From Spirochaetales bacterium (lineage in GTDB: Bacteria > Spirochaetota > Spirochaetia > JABEVK01), in the NCBI GenBank assembly GCA_037142615.1, contig JBAXAI010000001.1, forward strand, positions 96,001 through 160,000: a stretch of DNA of 64,000 nt, written 5' to 3'. This document shows positions 35,349-48,667 of this stretch, one piece after another; position 1 is the stretch's first letter; each line of letters starts with the position of its first letter. The notes below the pieces were generated by a model. It had not been told where the DNA came from and searched no databases. It saw only the letters and a list, made by a program, of their open reading frames with translations. The translations under genes and the position numbers were made by a program.

Positions 35349-36850
35349 TGGGTATAGAGCCGGTTGTATTCCGTCTGGAACTCGTCCTTGAACTTGGGAG
35401 ACGTAAGGATGAGCTGCTGGAGAGCTGACTGGCGATCGGAAACTGCCTTGGACCGAACGGAGGCTTCGGTAACGGCCGTGTCGCCGGTGGCAGCTTCCGT
35501 CTTGACCTCATCTACGCGCATTACGAGCACGACGGTTCCCGTCAGGATAGGGGCGGTAACACCCTTGTCGGCGGTTCGGAAGGCCTTCTTGAAGAAGTCC
35601 TCGTTCGCGCTCTGGCCTTGGATCACGGAGTCCTTCGTGGCGCTCGAAAGGGAGTTGAACAAATCGTCATTCCCAAAGTTGAGCGAAACCCACTCCGTTT
35701 TCTGAACGCTCTTGCCCAGGGCCTTGGCTGCCGCGTCGAAGTTCGAAGTCGCAGCTACCTGAAACTCCTTGGCTTTGCTCTCAAGGTAGTCTTCCACCAG
35801 TCCACGGTCGTTCTTTTCGAGGTACGATCGAGCCAAGTCCAAAGTCGCGGTGGCGGTCAGGTCGGCGTCGCGAGAGGCTTCGACAACCTTGTAGAAGGTC
35901 CAGTTGCTTCCATTGGAGAAGACATCGGAAACGCCGCCCTTTGCCAACCCGTAGACTTTGTCCAGGTTTTCAATTTTCGTAATTTCGCTCTTCAGCTCGT
36001 AATAGGCCCGCGAGTTCAAGGCTCCACCGGTCTCAGCGAGGGGGTCCTTCGAGTAGGTCTTGGCCAGCTCTTCGAAGGTCTTGACGCCCTTGACAGCCTC
36101 GTCGTGCACTTTCTTTGCCTCGGCCTCGCTGGCGGTCACCGTGATCCGGCTGAGGTTGATCGTGCGGAAGAGGGCCTTGTTTTTCTGGGCGTAGTCCTTG
36201 ACCTGATCGAGCGGAAAGTCGGCATCGACAAAGCTGATGTACGAGAACTTGCGTTGAGGAAACGCGAGCGAGGTCACGAACTTAGAAGTCGAACCGGAAA
36301 GCAAGGTACCCGAGGTGTAGTCCCCTGCGAACTGCTGGGTCAGCAACTCGGCCTGAGTTTCCTGACGGTAGCGGAAGCGATCGGCGGCCGAGGTGTTACG
36401 CCAGAGCTCTTCGCTGAAGGCTCCATCCTGCTGGTAAGCCGAATGCTTGACCAGCTGGGAGTCGAGAAACTTGTCGGTGACGACGATGCCTGCCCGCTCG
36501 GCTTCTTTCTTCAGGCCGACCTGCAGTGCGGTCTGCTGGAAAGCCTGCCTCCACACCAGTTGCCGGGTCTGGTTCACGTCAGAACCGAAGTTGAACTGCT
36601 CGTAAAGGCGGCTGAGGTACTCGACCTGCTGGGCGTAGTAGTTGCCCTGCACGTACTCGATGGGAACCCCGTCGTAGCTGCCGAACACGAACGCGTCAGA
36701 TGTGCCAGCCTTGGAAACTATCGGAGCACCGATAAAAGTCACGATAATGACCACCAGAATGCCGCCGGAGAAGAGCGTGATGCCCAGTCCATGCTGGCGC
36801 TTGTCTTTAGGGGACTTTTCTGGATTGAGTTTCACGGTATTCGAAGGCAT
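35345..36850 (-). CDS. membrane-anchored SurA/PpiD-like peptidyl-prolyl isomerase chaperone
   Basis: N-terminal TM, DGAFSEE, parvulin motif FEELAKTYSKD..GGAL; AAGGA RBS; TTGACA-17-TATTTT upstream. Confidence 0.85.
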   Translation of the reverse strand: MPSNTVKLNPEKSPKDKRQHGLGITLFSGGILVVIIVTFIGAPIVSKAGTSDAFVFGSYDGVPIEYVQGNYYAQQVEYLSRLYEQFNFGSDVNQTRQLVWRQAFQQTALQVGLKKEAERAGIVVTDKFLDSQLVKHSAYQQDGAFSEELWRNTSAADRFRYRQETQAELLTQQFAGDYTSGTLLSGSTSKFVTSLAFPQRKFSYISFVDADFPLDQVKDYAQKNKALFRTINLSRITVTASEAEAKKVHDEAVKGVKTFEELAKTYSKDPLAETGGALNSRAYYELKSEITKIENLDKVYGLAKGGVSDVFSNGSNWTFYKVVEASRDADLTATATLDLARSYLEKNDRGLVEDYLESKAKEFQVAATSNFDAAAKALGKSVQKTEWVSLNFGNDDLFNSLSSATKDSVIQGQSANEDFFKKAFRTADKGVTAPILTGTVVLVMRVDEVKTEAATGDTAVTEASVRSKAVSDRQSALQQLILTSPKFKDEFQTEYNRLYTQ

Positions 36851-36906
36851 GTCGGTTCCTTGAGGCGAGATTTGAGCCAACAAAATAGCACGGACGACCC
36901 CGACTG

Positions 36907-37425
36907 TCAACGAAGGGGAAGGGGCTCCAGGGGAAAGACTGCCGTGATCACCAGGAGTTCTCCTCCTTCAAGGTCGGCGTGTATGAGAGCCCCGGTCTCC
37001 AACCGAATCTTGGCGTAGCCGAGCATCGACTTGCCACTTTGATCGGAAAGGGACGCCAGGACTTTGCGCTTGAAGGCTTCGCGCGGGTCGGCTTCCCGGT
37101 AGACGAGTTGGATCTCTTCCTGGATCAGTTTCAAGACCTCTGGACCGGAAGACTCGACGTAGTTGCGGACTTGGAGGGTGATGGCGTCTTCCGAGCGGAG
37201 GAGCATCACATGGAAATCGGTGTCTGCCGGGGAGTATTTGTACGCGTTTTCGATCAGTTCTGAGGACGCAGTCGCGAGCTTCTCGGCGTACAGATGATCG
37301 TCCTTTCTCTCTTTGAAGATACCGAGGATCAGGTCAGCCAAGTACTTGCGGGTTGCGCTGACGAACTCCCATTGCTTGTAAATGTAGGCGTTGAGAAGAC
37401 AGTCCGGTTCTTGAAGTCGTGGCAC
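36907..37425 (-). CDS. stand-alone HATPase_c-like protein (anti-sigma kinase / SiaB / Slr1658-like)
   Basis: N-box-like SELIENAYKYS; G-box-like GKSMLGYAKIR; GTG start with AGGGGG RBS. Confidence 0.65.
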   Translation of the reverse strand: MPRLQEPDCLLNAYIYKQWEFVSATRKYLADLILGIFKERKDDHLYAEKLATASSELIENAYKYSPADTDFHVMLLRSEDAITLQVRNYVESSGPEVLKLIQEEIQLVYREADPREAFKRKVLASLSDQSGKSMLGYAKIRLETGALIHADLEGGELLVITAVFPLEPLPLR

Positions 37426-37469
37426 AAAAGGCCCCCTGCCAGCAGTCTAGGCCAAGGCTTGCTTCGCGT

Positions 37470-39194
37470 CTATTGCGGAGCGTCCATGAGATCCTGAAAG
37501 AAAGTCTGCGCTTTCTGGCGGATATTCCGGGGGAGGTCGGCCTGGTAGAGCGCTGTGAGCAAGATCACCATCGACGGATCCGCCGAATTGCCCCCTGCCA
37601 CCCAGAGTTGCCGCGCAGAGTCGAGCAGCGCGTCGGCGAGAACCGCTTCGCCGGGTTTGCGCTGTTGCAGCGCGGTCAGCATTTTCATGAGCCGGCCGTC
37701 GCCATCCCAGCCCGTAGCGGCCATTGCCCTGGCTCCCTGCGCCAGATTGACCGGATCAAACTCGCGGTCGAGCAGCGAAAGCAACTCCTCCCGGTCTTCG
37801 GCACCGGCCGTGAGGGCCAAGAGTCGGTAGGCCCTGAGACGGTTGCCGGGCCAGTTGTTCGTCACATAGTTGTTGTGCAATTCCAGATCGGTGATTCCAG
37901 ACCGCACGATCTTGAGCAAAATGAGGTTGGCAAATGGCCAAGTGGTAAGGAGGGTCGCTGTGGCCTCCTTTGCTTCGAACAGCCTGAGGACAGTCTGCTG
38001 CTTTTCGTCCTCTCCTGACGAGGCAAGCTGCAGGAAGTAGCCGAAATCTGGCTGGTCTTCCCAGTTCGAGGCCCTCGCAACCAGAGTCGCAGGCCGCGTG
38101 GTGGACGAAGCGCGTGCAGGGCCCCCGCCGGCTTGTGACCAGGAAAAAGGCGCAAAGCGGCCTCCCTTCCAGACTTGCACCCGCCAGTCTTCGGTCCCCC
38201 AGGCCAAAAGTCCCGCCTCGGTCAACACCGGTGCCGTCGTGGGAATCCCCGACCCGAGGGTGCCCAGGAAGTGCCCGTCGTAGGACCATTGTTCAAGCCC
38301 GGAGGACGTTGGCACGTGTACACGGCCCCTATCGTCGACAACCGCCTCGGCGAGCGCGGGGTGGGGGAGCGAAAACTGAACAACGACAGATCCGCCGGGA
38401 CCCAGACGACGTACGCGGGCCGGTTCTGTGACCACCAGTCGGTTTTGGCGGTCAGAAGTGACGCCAAGGATACCCGGCGCAGAGTAAATTCGTCGCAAGG
38501 CCGCCATTTCGGGGTCCAGAAGCCACAGGCCCGTTTCGGACCAAAGGTAGAGATTGCCGGCCAGAGTCTGGATCAAGCCCCTGGGAGCAGCGTCAAGAGG
38601 CCACTGTCTCAGCGTGTTCCCTTGGCGGTCCAGCAGGAGCAAAGATCCCGAGGCTGCAACAAAGAGGCCCTGGCTGTCATCGTTGAGCAGGCCCCGGAAA
38701 GGGGCAAGGTCGCGGCTCCACAGAAGCTGACCGTGGGCATTCCAAGACTCCAGGTGCCCGTCCATCCAGCCTTGGTAGAGGCGCCCGGAAGCGTCCCAGA
38801 CCGTTGGGCCGGAAGGGACCTCGGCACGCTGCAGCGAGAATTGCACCGCCAGGTGCACTGTGAGAGCGTCCCAGGCCAGGATGTCGACGCGTCCGGTAAT
38901 CTGAGGCACAGAAAGCAGTTGAAGTGGTCCCCTCGGGGCAATTGTCACCGTCGCCGCGATGCGAGCTCTTGCCTGCCAGGCCGTCAGCACACGAGCCTGC
39001 GCATCGAGAACCGAAACGCTCTGGTCTTCGCAGGGAGCCACCAGCTCACCACCGGGAAGACCGGAAAGCCCAAAAACCATGCGCCCCGGGAACAGAAGTT
39101 CCCCGGAACTCGAGGGCTCTGGGACCGGGGCTGCGGTCAGTGCCACGGCGGTCGCGAGCGCCAGAAACGCGGTGGCGCTGTACTTAGCGGACAA
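37470..39194 (-). CDS. exported beta-propeller (PQQ-like repeat) protein with helical C-terminal domain
   Basis: Signal-like ATAFLALATAVALTA; repeats such as DASGRLY, GQLLWS, DRQG..W, DDRGRV; HEAT-like C-terminus; start estimated at a TTG overlapping the upstream gene. Confidence 0.65.
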   Translation of the reverse strand: MSAKYSATAFLALATAVALTAAPVPEPSSSGELLFPGRMVFGLSGLPGGELVAPCEDQSVSVLDAQARVLTAWQARARIAATVTIAPRGPLQLLSVPQITGRVDILAWDALTVHLAVQFSLQRAEVPSGPTVWDASGRLYQGWMDGHLESWNAHGQLLWSRDLAPFRGLLNDDSQGLFVAASGSLLLLDRQGNTLRQWPLDAAPRGLIQTLAGNLYLWSETGLWLLDPEMAALRRIYSAPGILGVTSDRQNRLVVTEPARVRRLGPGGSVVVQFSLPHPALAEAVVDDRGRVHVPTSSGLEQWSYDGHFLGTLGSGIPTTAPVLTEAGLLAWGTEDWRVQVWKGGRFAPFSWSQAGGGPARASSTTRPATLVARASNWEDQPDFGYFLQLASSGEDEKQQTVLRLFEAKEATATLLTTWPFANLILLKIVRSGITDLELHNNYVTNNWPGNRLRAYRLLALTAGAEDREELLSLLDREFDPVNLAQGARAMAATGWDGDGRLMKMLTALQQRKPGEAVLADALLDSARQLWVAGGNSADPSMVILLTALYQADLPRNIRQKAQTFFQDLMDAPQ

Positions 39195-40332
39195 ACCGGG
39201 CCACCGCTTCGATATGGCTGGTCTGCGGGTAGAAGTCGAACAGCGTGAGCGAGTCAAGGCGATAACCTTTGGTTTCGAGGTCGGCCGTGTCGCGGGCCAA
39301 GGTATCGGGGTTGCAGCTCACATAAATAAGATGCGATGTCGGGAAGTCTGCCAGAAAGCGCCTCACCTCGCCCGAAAGTCCGGTTCGAGGGGGGTCCACG
39401 ACGATGACGTCCCACCGAGGTTTGGGGGTGACCCTCTTGAGGCGGGCCACCCAGGCTTCGAGCGACGAAGCAATGAACTCATGCAGTGGGCCGACGACAT
39501 TCTTGCGGGCCAGGTCGAGCGCCGATGCGTTTTCTTCGACGGCGGTGACCCTGGGGTAGTGGTCGGCCAGGAAAGCCGCGAACAGGCCGACACCGCAGTA
39601 GAGGTCAAGGGCGCGGCCGTGGGCGGTCTCCGGGAGCCCTCCAACCACTTGCTCGACAAAGGCCGGCAGCAAGGCGCTGTTGGACTGAAAAAAGCCGTCG
39701 GTGGCCACCAAGAAGGGTTTGCCAGCCACCTCGACGCGCACCACCGGGTCTCGGCCCTCCTCCCACGGGGTGTCCCCAGGCGCGAACACGAGAGTTCGGC
39801 CGACCCTGAGGTCTGGAGCGCCGCCTTCCAAAAGCTCGCGGAAACCGTCGGTGGCTATGGGACAGCGGGTAACCGGTACCACCTCGTTCGAACCGCGCGC
39901 CATGAAGCCCGCCCGGGACTGCGCCGTGCTCTTGTGCAGTTGGAGGCGGGTCCGATAAGCCCAAGCCGGCCCGGCAACGAGCGCGGGCAGGGGAATCTCC
40001 TTCTTGGCGATACGTCGGAAACTTTCAGCGACCAGCAACTGTTTTTGGCGCCGCTGAGCGTCCTCGGTCAGGTGCATGAAGTCGCAACCACCGCAAAGGC
40101 CGTAGAGTTCACAGGGGGGTGTTCGCCGGTCTGCGGAAGGCGAGACCACACTTTCCAGCCGCCCCCTCAAGAACCCCTTTTCCTGTCGGCTCACGGAATA
40201 CCGGATGACCTCGCCCGGCAGTGCACCGGGAACAAAGACCAGCGGTCCCTCGCCGCGAACCAGACCATCACCGCCAGAAACAAGCTTCTCGACGACCCCT
40301 GTCAGCCAAACGGATTCAGGACTTGGGGGCAA
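39184..40332 (-). CDS. TrmA/RlmD-family RNA (uracil-5)-methyltransferase
   Basis: [56 protein letters not shown]. Confidence 0.92.
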   Translation of the reverse strand: MPPSPESVWLTGVVEKLVSGGDGLVRGEGPLVFVPGALPGEVIRYSVSRQEKGFLRGRLESVVSPSADRRTPPCELYGLCGGCDFMHLTEDAQRRQKQLLVAESFRRIAKKEIPLPALVAGPAWAYRTRLQLHKSTAQSRAGFMARGSNEVVPVTRCPIATDGFRELLEGGAPDLRVGRTLVFAPGDTPWEEGRDPVVRVEVAGKPFLVATDGFFQSNSALLPAFVEQVVGGLPETAHGRALDLYCGVGLFAAFLADHYPRVTAVEENASALDLARKNVVGPLHEFIASSLEAWVARLKRVTPKPRWDVIVVDPPRTGLSGEVRRFLADFPTSHLIYVSCNPDTLARDTADLETKGYRLDSLTLFDFYPQTSHIEAVARFVR

Positions 40333-42340
40333 AGTGGCTGAACTCCATGCTGAAAGTGCCCCGGCCCTGGGTCATGCTGCGAAGTCCGGTCGTGAAGCCA
40401 AACATCTTCACCATGGGAACCTCGCTGTGCACGATTTCGCGCGTGGGCTGGCTGTCCATAGAGTGCACAATGCCACCTTTCTGGCTCAGGTAGCCTACCA
40501 CTTCGCCAACGAACTCGCGGGGGCTGAGGATGGTGACTTTCATGATGGGTTCCAGCTGGACGGGACTGCTCTTGCGGGCGGCGTTGTCGAAGCCCAGCGA
40601 GCCGGCTGCCTCGAAAGCAAACTCGGTGGCTGTCAGCTCGTCAAACTTGGCAGACCTCAGCGTCACCTCGACGTCGATGAGCGGGTAGCCCAAGAGGACC
40701 CCGCCCGTGAACGCACCTCGAACGCCCCTTTCGACGGCGTCCTGAAGCACTTCGGGGAGGGCCGACTTCGTCACGGCGGTTTGGAATACGTTTCCACTGC
40801 CACGGGCGCCGGGTTTGACCTCGAGCGTGATTTCAGCGTGGTTGGGTTTGCTGGCCAGCACGCGGTCGAAAACCTCGGTATGCACCACCGGCTCGGTGAC
40901 GGTTTCGCGGTAACTGACCTGAGGATTGCCCACGCGCGCCTTGACTTTGAACTCTTTGGTGATTCTGGTCACCAACACGTCGAGATGCAGCTCTCCCATG
41001 CCCGAGATCAGAGTCTGGCCCGTCTCTTTGTCTTCTTTGACGAGGAAGGTCGGGTCTTCGAGCATGAGCGTGGTGAGCACCGTCGCGAGCTTGCCGGCTT
41101 CCTCGGTGCTTTGCGGTTCGATAGCAATGCTGATCACTGGCTGCGGAAACTGCATTTTTTCGAGGAGCACCGGATAGTTGTCGAGGCCCAGAGTATCGCC
41201 AGTTTGGCTTTCTTTGAGGCCCACGATGACGCCAATGTCACCGGCCACCAACTGGTCCACCGCTTCGGCCCGGTTGGCGTGCATGCGGAGAAGGCGGTTG
41301 ACCCGCTCACGCTTCTTTTTGCCGATATTCAGCAACTGGCTCCCGCTCTTGAGCGTGCCGGAGTACACCCGCACGTAGCTCAGAAGGCCAGACTGAACGT
41401 CGTTTTGAATCTTGAACACCAGCGCGAGTAGATTGCCGCCCGCATCGGGCGTGATTTCGACGTCTTCCTCTTTCTTCAGGTGGTGCCCGCGGAAAGGCGG
41501 AACGTCGTCAGGTGCCGGAAGGTAGTCGATCACCCCGTCGAGCAACGGCTGAACACCGATGTTGCGCAGCGAGGCCCCCGCAAAAACGGCCACGGCCTTG
41601 AGGTCGAGCACGGCTTTTCTCAACGTCCTTTTGATCAGAGCCAGGGGGATCTCGGCGCCGTCGAGATAGAGTTCGGTCATCTCGTCGCTGAACGCGGTCA
41701 ACGCGTCAAGCAGCGCGTCCCTGGCCTTCGCGGCGGCGGCGGATCGCTCGGCGGCGACGGGGCTTCGCACCATTTCGGTGCCGTCCTGGCCTGCCCACCT
41801 CAGTTCTTCCAGGGTCAGCAAATCAATGACGCCTTCGAAACTATCTTCCGATCCGATAGGCATTTGGACGGCGAGGGGGTTTGCCCCCAACTTTTCCCGG
41901 ATCTCAGCGAGCACCATAGTGAAGTCTGCTCCGATGCGGTCCATCTTGTTCACGTAAGCGATGCGGGGAACCTTATAACGGTCCGCTTGGTGCCACACTG
42001 TCTCGGACTGCGGTTCTACCCCGTCGACGGCCGAAAACACGCCGATGGCGCCGTCGAGCACCCGAAGAGAACGTTCCACCTCGGCCGTAAAGTCGACATG
42101 GCCGGGGGTATCGATCAGGTTGATTTGCCAATCGTGCCACAGGCAGGTTGTCGCCGCCGAGGTGATGGTGATGCCGCGGTCCTGCTCTTGCTCCATCCAG
42201 TCCATGGTTGCATTGCCCGAGTCCACTTCACCAAGCTTGTGGGTCTTGCCCGTGTAGAAAAGGATGCGTTCCGAAGTGGTCGTCTTGCCCGCATCGATGT
42301 GGGCCATGATGCCGATGTTGCGTAAACCCTTGATGGCCAT
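40316..42340 (-). CDS. fusA: elongation factor G paralogue (EF-G2-like)
   Basis: [36 protein letters not shown]; domain IV divergent; not in an str operon. Confidence 0.92.
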   Translation of the reverse strand: MAIKGLRNIGIMAHIDAGKTTTSERILFYTGKTHKLGEVDSGNATMDWMEQEQDRGITITSAATTCLWHDWQINLIDTPGHVDFTAEVERSLRVLDGAIGVFSAVDGVEPQSETVWHQADRYKVPRIAYVNKMDRIGADFTMVLAEIREKLGANPLAVQMPIGSEDSFEGVIDLLTLEELRWAGQDGTEMVRSPVAAERSAAAAKARDALLDALTAFSDEMTELYLDGAEIPLALIKRTLRKAVLDLKAVAVFAGASLRNIGVQPLLDGVIDYLPAPDDVPPFRGHHLKKEEDVEITPDAGGNLLALVFKIQNDVQSGLLSYVRVYSGTLKSGSQLLNIGKKKRERVNRLLRMHANRAEAVDQLVAGDIGVIVGLKESQTGDTLGLDNYPVLLEKMQFPQPVISIAIEPQSTEEAGKLATVLTTLMLEDPTFLVKEDKETGQTLISGMGELHLDVLVTRITKEFKVKARVGNPQVSYRETVTEPVVHTEVFDRVLASKPNHAEITLEVKPGARGSGNVFQTAVTKSALPEVLQDAVERGVRGAFTGGVLLGYPLIDVEVTLRSAKFDELTATEFAFEAAGSLGFDNAARKSSPVQLEPIMKVTILSPREFVGEVVGYLSQKGGIVHSMDSQPTREIVHSEVPMVKMFGFTTGLRSMTQGRGTFSMEFSHFAPKS

Positions 42341-42352
42341 GGAGAAAACTTC

Positions 42353-42697
42353 CTAGAAGGTGCTGCGGCAGGAGGTGAGGGCCGTCAACAGGCTGCGTTC
42401 CTGGTCGTCATCGACAAAGTCGAGCTTCATGCCGACCTGATAGAAGACTCCACCCGGTTCGCGGAAGCGGTGCATGACCTTCGCTTCGACTTCGAGCGTG
42501 GTGGTCGGATGGTCCTTCTTGAGAAAGTCGAGGACCAGTTTGACTTTGGTGCCGGGATTGAGCGGCTCATCGACCCGCAGTCGCAAACCGGCTTCCGAAA
42601 TATCCATGGTCTGAGCGCCGAGAGTCATTTCGCCGTCGCGCAGAATGCGAACTTCGTCGTCCATCGCGCATCGAGTTGCCTGTCGTTTTTCGTCCAT
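42353..42697 (-). CDS. stand-alone PilZ-domain protein
   Basis: RQATR (RxxxR) and DISEAG (D/NxSxxG) motifs; AGGAAGGGA RBS. Confidence 0.88.
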   Translation of the reverse strand: MDEKRQATRCAMDDEVRILRDGEMTLGAQTMDISEAGLRLRVDEPLNPGTKVKLVLDFLKKDHPTTTLEVEAKVMHRFREPGGVFYQVGMKLDFVDDDQERSLLTALTSCRSTF

Positions 42698-42712
42698 GTG
42701 TCCCTTCCTTTC

Positions 42713-45445
<2,733 letters not shown>

Positions 45446-45522
45446 GGCAACACTGTAAAGAAACGTTCCACAGCGGTCAAGGTTCATTGACCGTCAGGGT
45501 GTCGCTTGGTATCCTCAGGCCC
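45446..45522. promoter_or_regulatory. back-to-back promoters for secA and the lipoprotein operon, both apparently leaderless
   Basis: Minus strand TTGACC-17-TACAGT-6-ATG(45445); plus strand TTGACC-17-TATCCT-7-ATG(45523). Confidence 0.7.
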
Positions 45523-46755
45523 ATGAAGGCCTTTGCCCCCGCGTTCCTGCTGGCTTTGCTGGTTTCGTGCGCCCCTGCGGTACCCCCGTTGATGCCCAAG
45601 CAGTCCTTGTTCAAGCTCGAGTTGGGCACTCTCGACGATCAGATTGACCTTTTTGCGCGCGCCGGGCTCCCCTCTCCCTTGCGGAACAACTTTTCGTTCT
45701 ATGATGGCTTGGTGCTGGTGGCCAACGGCAATTCCCGCAAGGTCATGGAGTTCTCTTCCTATGGAGACCTCCTGACGCTGTACTACAACCCCGAAACCAA
45801 CCCAGTTCCTTCCCTGCTGGGGACCTCGGACCAAAGCGGAAACCTGGCCTTGAATCCGGTCAAGAACCGACGGGCTTTTCCGTATTCCTTCAATGAGATC
45901 GGTACGATCGGATTGAGCTCGACCAACCAGCTCTACGTCGAAGACAAGGTACCGGTGGAGCGTCGCGTGTACGATCCGGGACAAAGCGTCGTGTGGGAAA
46001 GCCGAATCCTCCGGTTCAGCAAGGACGGTCAATTTCTCGATTTTCTGGGGCAGGAAGGCATCGGGGGCACACCTTTTCCGGCCGTTGAACGCCTGACCAT
46101 CACGTTGAACGGCGATATCGTCGTGCTCAGCCGCACCGGCAAGGGCTGGAGTCTGTGGTGGTTCAACAACCTCGGTGCGCCAACCGGTCACCTTGAGGTC
46201 GATCGCACCCACCTGCCCGTTCCTGATTCCCCCGGGGTCACCCTGTTGCCTCAATTGGAGACGCTCTACGCGGACTGGAAACGCCAGGAGGTCCAGCTGA
46301 AGATTGACTATTTTCAGGAGACTTTGGACTCAACCACCAAGACTCCCTCCGGAATCCAGGTGCTCCATTCGCTGGTCTGGATTTATGACCTGGCAAAACA
46401 GTCCTACATCGGCCAATACGAGATACCCCAACTCAAGCGCGAGCGGGCCAAAGGTGCCGCCGAGGACCCCTTGGGCGACCGTCCCTACCAGTTCCTGGGC
46501 CTGAATGACGCCGGCTCGGCGTTCTTCCTGTCGAGTCCAGAAAGCCAGAGTCAACGGTTTCTCGTTCTTAGCCGTACCGGCGATGTTCAGCTCGAACGGA
46601 ACATCCAGTTGGCTGGTTCCGACATCTTGTTTGCCCAGTACGCCGTATCCCCCCAAGGAATTCTGACGGGTTTTCTCAGTGACGGGACGAGCGCCGAGAT
46701 CGCTTGGTGGCGAAGTGACAAATTGCTGGGGAGCTATGTACAGACTGGTTTCTGA
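45523..46755 (+). CDS. spirochaete-type lipoprotein (LIC_12708-like)
   Basis: LLVSC lipobox; KVMEFSSYGDLL, LGQEGIGGTPFP, IAWWRSD. Confidence 0.75.
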   Translation: MKAFAPAFLLALLVSCAPAVPPLMPKQSLFKLELGTLDDQIDLFARAGLPSPLRNNFSFYDGLVLVANGNSRKVMEFSSYGDLLTLYYNPETNPVPSLLGTSDQSGNLALNPVKNRRAFPYSFNEIGTIGLSSTNQLYVEDKVPVERRVYDPGQSVVWESRILRFSKDGQFLDFLGQEGIGGTPFPAVERLTITLNGDIVVLSRTGKGWSLWWFNNLGAPTGHLEVDRTHLPVPDSPGVTLLPQLETLYADWKRQEVQLKIDYFQETLDSTTKTPSGIQVLHSLVWIYDLAKQSYIGQYEIPQLKRERAKGAAEDPLGDRPYQFLGLNDAGSAFFLSSPESQSQRFLVLSRTGDVQLERNIQLAGSDILFAQYAVSPQGILTGFLSDGTSAEIAWWRSDKLLGSYVQTGF

Positions 46756-48217
46756 GGCCCAGCAACTGGCTGCCGACCGCGAAGCGGAAGTCCGCTTTGG
46801 CTTTCCATCGCTGTTGCTGATGGAGCAGGCAGCGGCGGCCCTGTTTGCCGAGTTGGCGGGCTGGACCAAGCGGCGGGGCATCACGGGCCCCTGGGTTATT
46901 CTGGCTGGAAAGGGCAATAACGGCGGCGATGGCTGGGCACTGGCTCGGTACGCGTTTCTTGCCGGCCAAGCCGTACAGGTCGTCCAATGGGAACCGCCGA
47001 CCGCGACCAATGCGGTGAGCATGGCCGACATTGCTGGTCGTCTGGGAATCCCCGTGTGCTCCTGGGGCACCCCGGAAGCGTTGGCCCTTGTCACGCATGC
47101 TGGGGTTCGCATTGATGCTTTGTGGGGTGCTGGGTTCCGGGGACCCTGGCGTCAGGAGGATCGCTCCCGGATGGCTGAACTGCTGAGCCTTTGTAACCTT
47201 TACCCCGCGCCCGCTGTGGCCGTCGATCTCCCCAGCGGCCTCTGGTCTGGTCACCGACAGGACGACCCGGTGCTTCCTGCCGAGCTCACCTTGGCACTCG
47301 GGTGGCCCAAGCTGACCTGCTTTCTGCCGGGACTGCGATCGTGGTGCGGTACCATAAAGTCGCTGGCGCTGGGCTATCCGGCCGACGCCAAAGCGGTCGC
47401 CCAGGGGCTGGAGGTTGGCGACTTTACCACGTTGGTGCCCCGAATGCCGTCCGGTTCTCACAAGGGCACCCGTGGCGCTGTGGCCTTGGCAGGCGGCGCG
47501 CCCGGCATGAGTGGAGCTCTGCTCCTCGCCGCACGGAGCGCTGCAGCAGGCGGGGCCGGCGTCGTGAGCCTGTACACCGACGACGAACTGGTTCCCACTT
47601 TGGCCCTGGCGGAGGCTTCGTTTCAGGTCAGGCCGACTTCGAGAGTTACGTTGGCGAAAGCTAAGGCCTGGGTGGCAGGTCCGGGCTGGGGCAGGGCCCC
47701 TGAGCGCGCCAAGCAGCTCGAAACGATCCTGGGCTTGTCCTGTCCGACCGTGATCGATGCCGATGGACTGGTCGCCTGGAAAGTTCTCGTGGAGCAGGGC
47801 TTTCGTCACGGGGGGCAGCCGCTGGTGCTGACTCCGCACCCCGGCGAGTGGGCCCGCCTGGTAGGGAGTGACGAGCGCAGCCTCGAGCTGGCACAAAGGC
47901 TGGCCGGCGACTGGAACTGTATCCTTGTGCTCAAGGATTCGGCCACTTGGCTCGTAAGTGCCGATCAACTTGCGGTGTGGGACGGTCAGGAACCCGGACT
48001 CGGAACCGGCGGAAGCGGGGATTGCCTGGCCGGCCTGATCGGTGCCTACCTGGCCCGCGGACTTCCGGCTTGGCAAGCGGCTGCGGCGGGGGTAATTGCT
48101 CACGGATGTGTTGGCAGCCGACTCGCTCGCAGTTCGGGTTGGTTCACAGCAAGCGACCTTCCCGGGGCCCTGGCCCGCTTCGAAAACGAACAACGTCAAA
48201 ACGGAAACAAGGGGTAA
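46736..48217 (+). CDS. nnr: bifunctional NAD(P)H-hydrate epimerase/dehydratase
   Basis: LLMEQAA, GKGNNGGDG, AVDLPSG, HKGTRG, IDADGL, LTPHPGE, GTGGSGDCLAG. Confidence 0.92.
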   Translation: MYRLVSEAQQLAADREAEVRFGFPSLLLMEQAAAALFAELAGWTKRRGITGPWVILAGKGNNGGDGWALARYAFLAGQAVQVVQWEPPTATNAVSMADIAGRLGIPVCSWGTPEALALVTHAGVRIDALWGAGFRGPWRQEDRSRMAELLSLCNLYPAPAVAVDLPSGLWSGHRQDDPVLPAELTLALGWPKLTCFLPGLRSWCGTIKSLALGYPADAKAVAQGLEVGDFTTLVPRMPSGSHKGTRGAVALAGGAPGMSGALLLAARSAAAGGAGVVSLYTDDELVPTLALAEASFQVRPTSRVTLAKAKAWVAGPGWGRAPERAKQLETILGLSCPTVIDADGLVAWKVLVEQGFRHGGQPLVLTPHPGEWARLVGSDERSLELAQRLAGDWNCILVLKDSATWLVSADQLAVWDGQEPGLGTGGSGDCLAGLIGAYLARGLPAWQAAAAGVIAHGCVGSRLARSSGWFTASDLPGALARFENEQRQNGNKG

Positions 48218-48220
48218 CGC

Positions 48221-48667
48221 ATGGTTCAAGTCTATTTGCTGCTCGTGGTTCTCAACGCGGTTTCGGGACTGGTTCTCGCTCGAGCCGGGCTCAAAGTGGC
48301 GCTTCCCGTCTGGGACGGTGTCTTCGCCGCCTTCGAGTCCAAGGTTGTCCGGGGAATCCTCGGCGCAGGGACTTTCCTCACGGGGTTCGTTGGTCTGATC
48401 TTTGTCCTTCCGGGTGATCAGCTTTTCGTCGGGGATTTATTTCCGTCGGTGAGCGCCCTGCTCGCGGGAACCACGCTCATGCTTGACTTCTATGCCCCTT
48501 CCGAACGCTCCGCAATAGAACCGAATCCTGACGAATCGGGCAACGCCGAACCGACACGACCAAGGCCAATAGACGATCTGCTGGTCAAAAACCGCGTACT
48601 GGTCGGGTTCGTGGCCCTCACGTTCGCTCTCGTGCATTTCTTGGTTCCCGGGATCATCCTTCTGTGA
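48221..48667 (+). CDS. hypothetical membrane protein (about 4 TM)
   Basis: Four hydrophobic segments; tight operon spacing. Confidence 0.75.
   Translation: MVQVYLLLVVLNAVSGLVLARAGLKVALPVWDGVFAAFESKVVRGILGAGTFLTGFVGLIFVLPGDQLFVGDLFPSVSALLAGTTLMLDFYAPSERSAIEPNPDESGNAEPTRPRPIDDLLVKNRVLVGFVALTFALVHFLVPGIILL

Noticed and set aside
45474-45493. Inverted repeat CGGTCAA-N6-TTGACCG as an operator
   Set aside because: Accounted for by two back-to-back TTGACC -35 boxes
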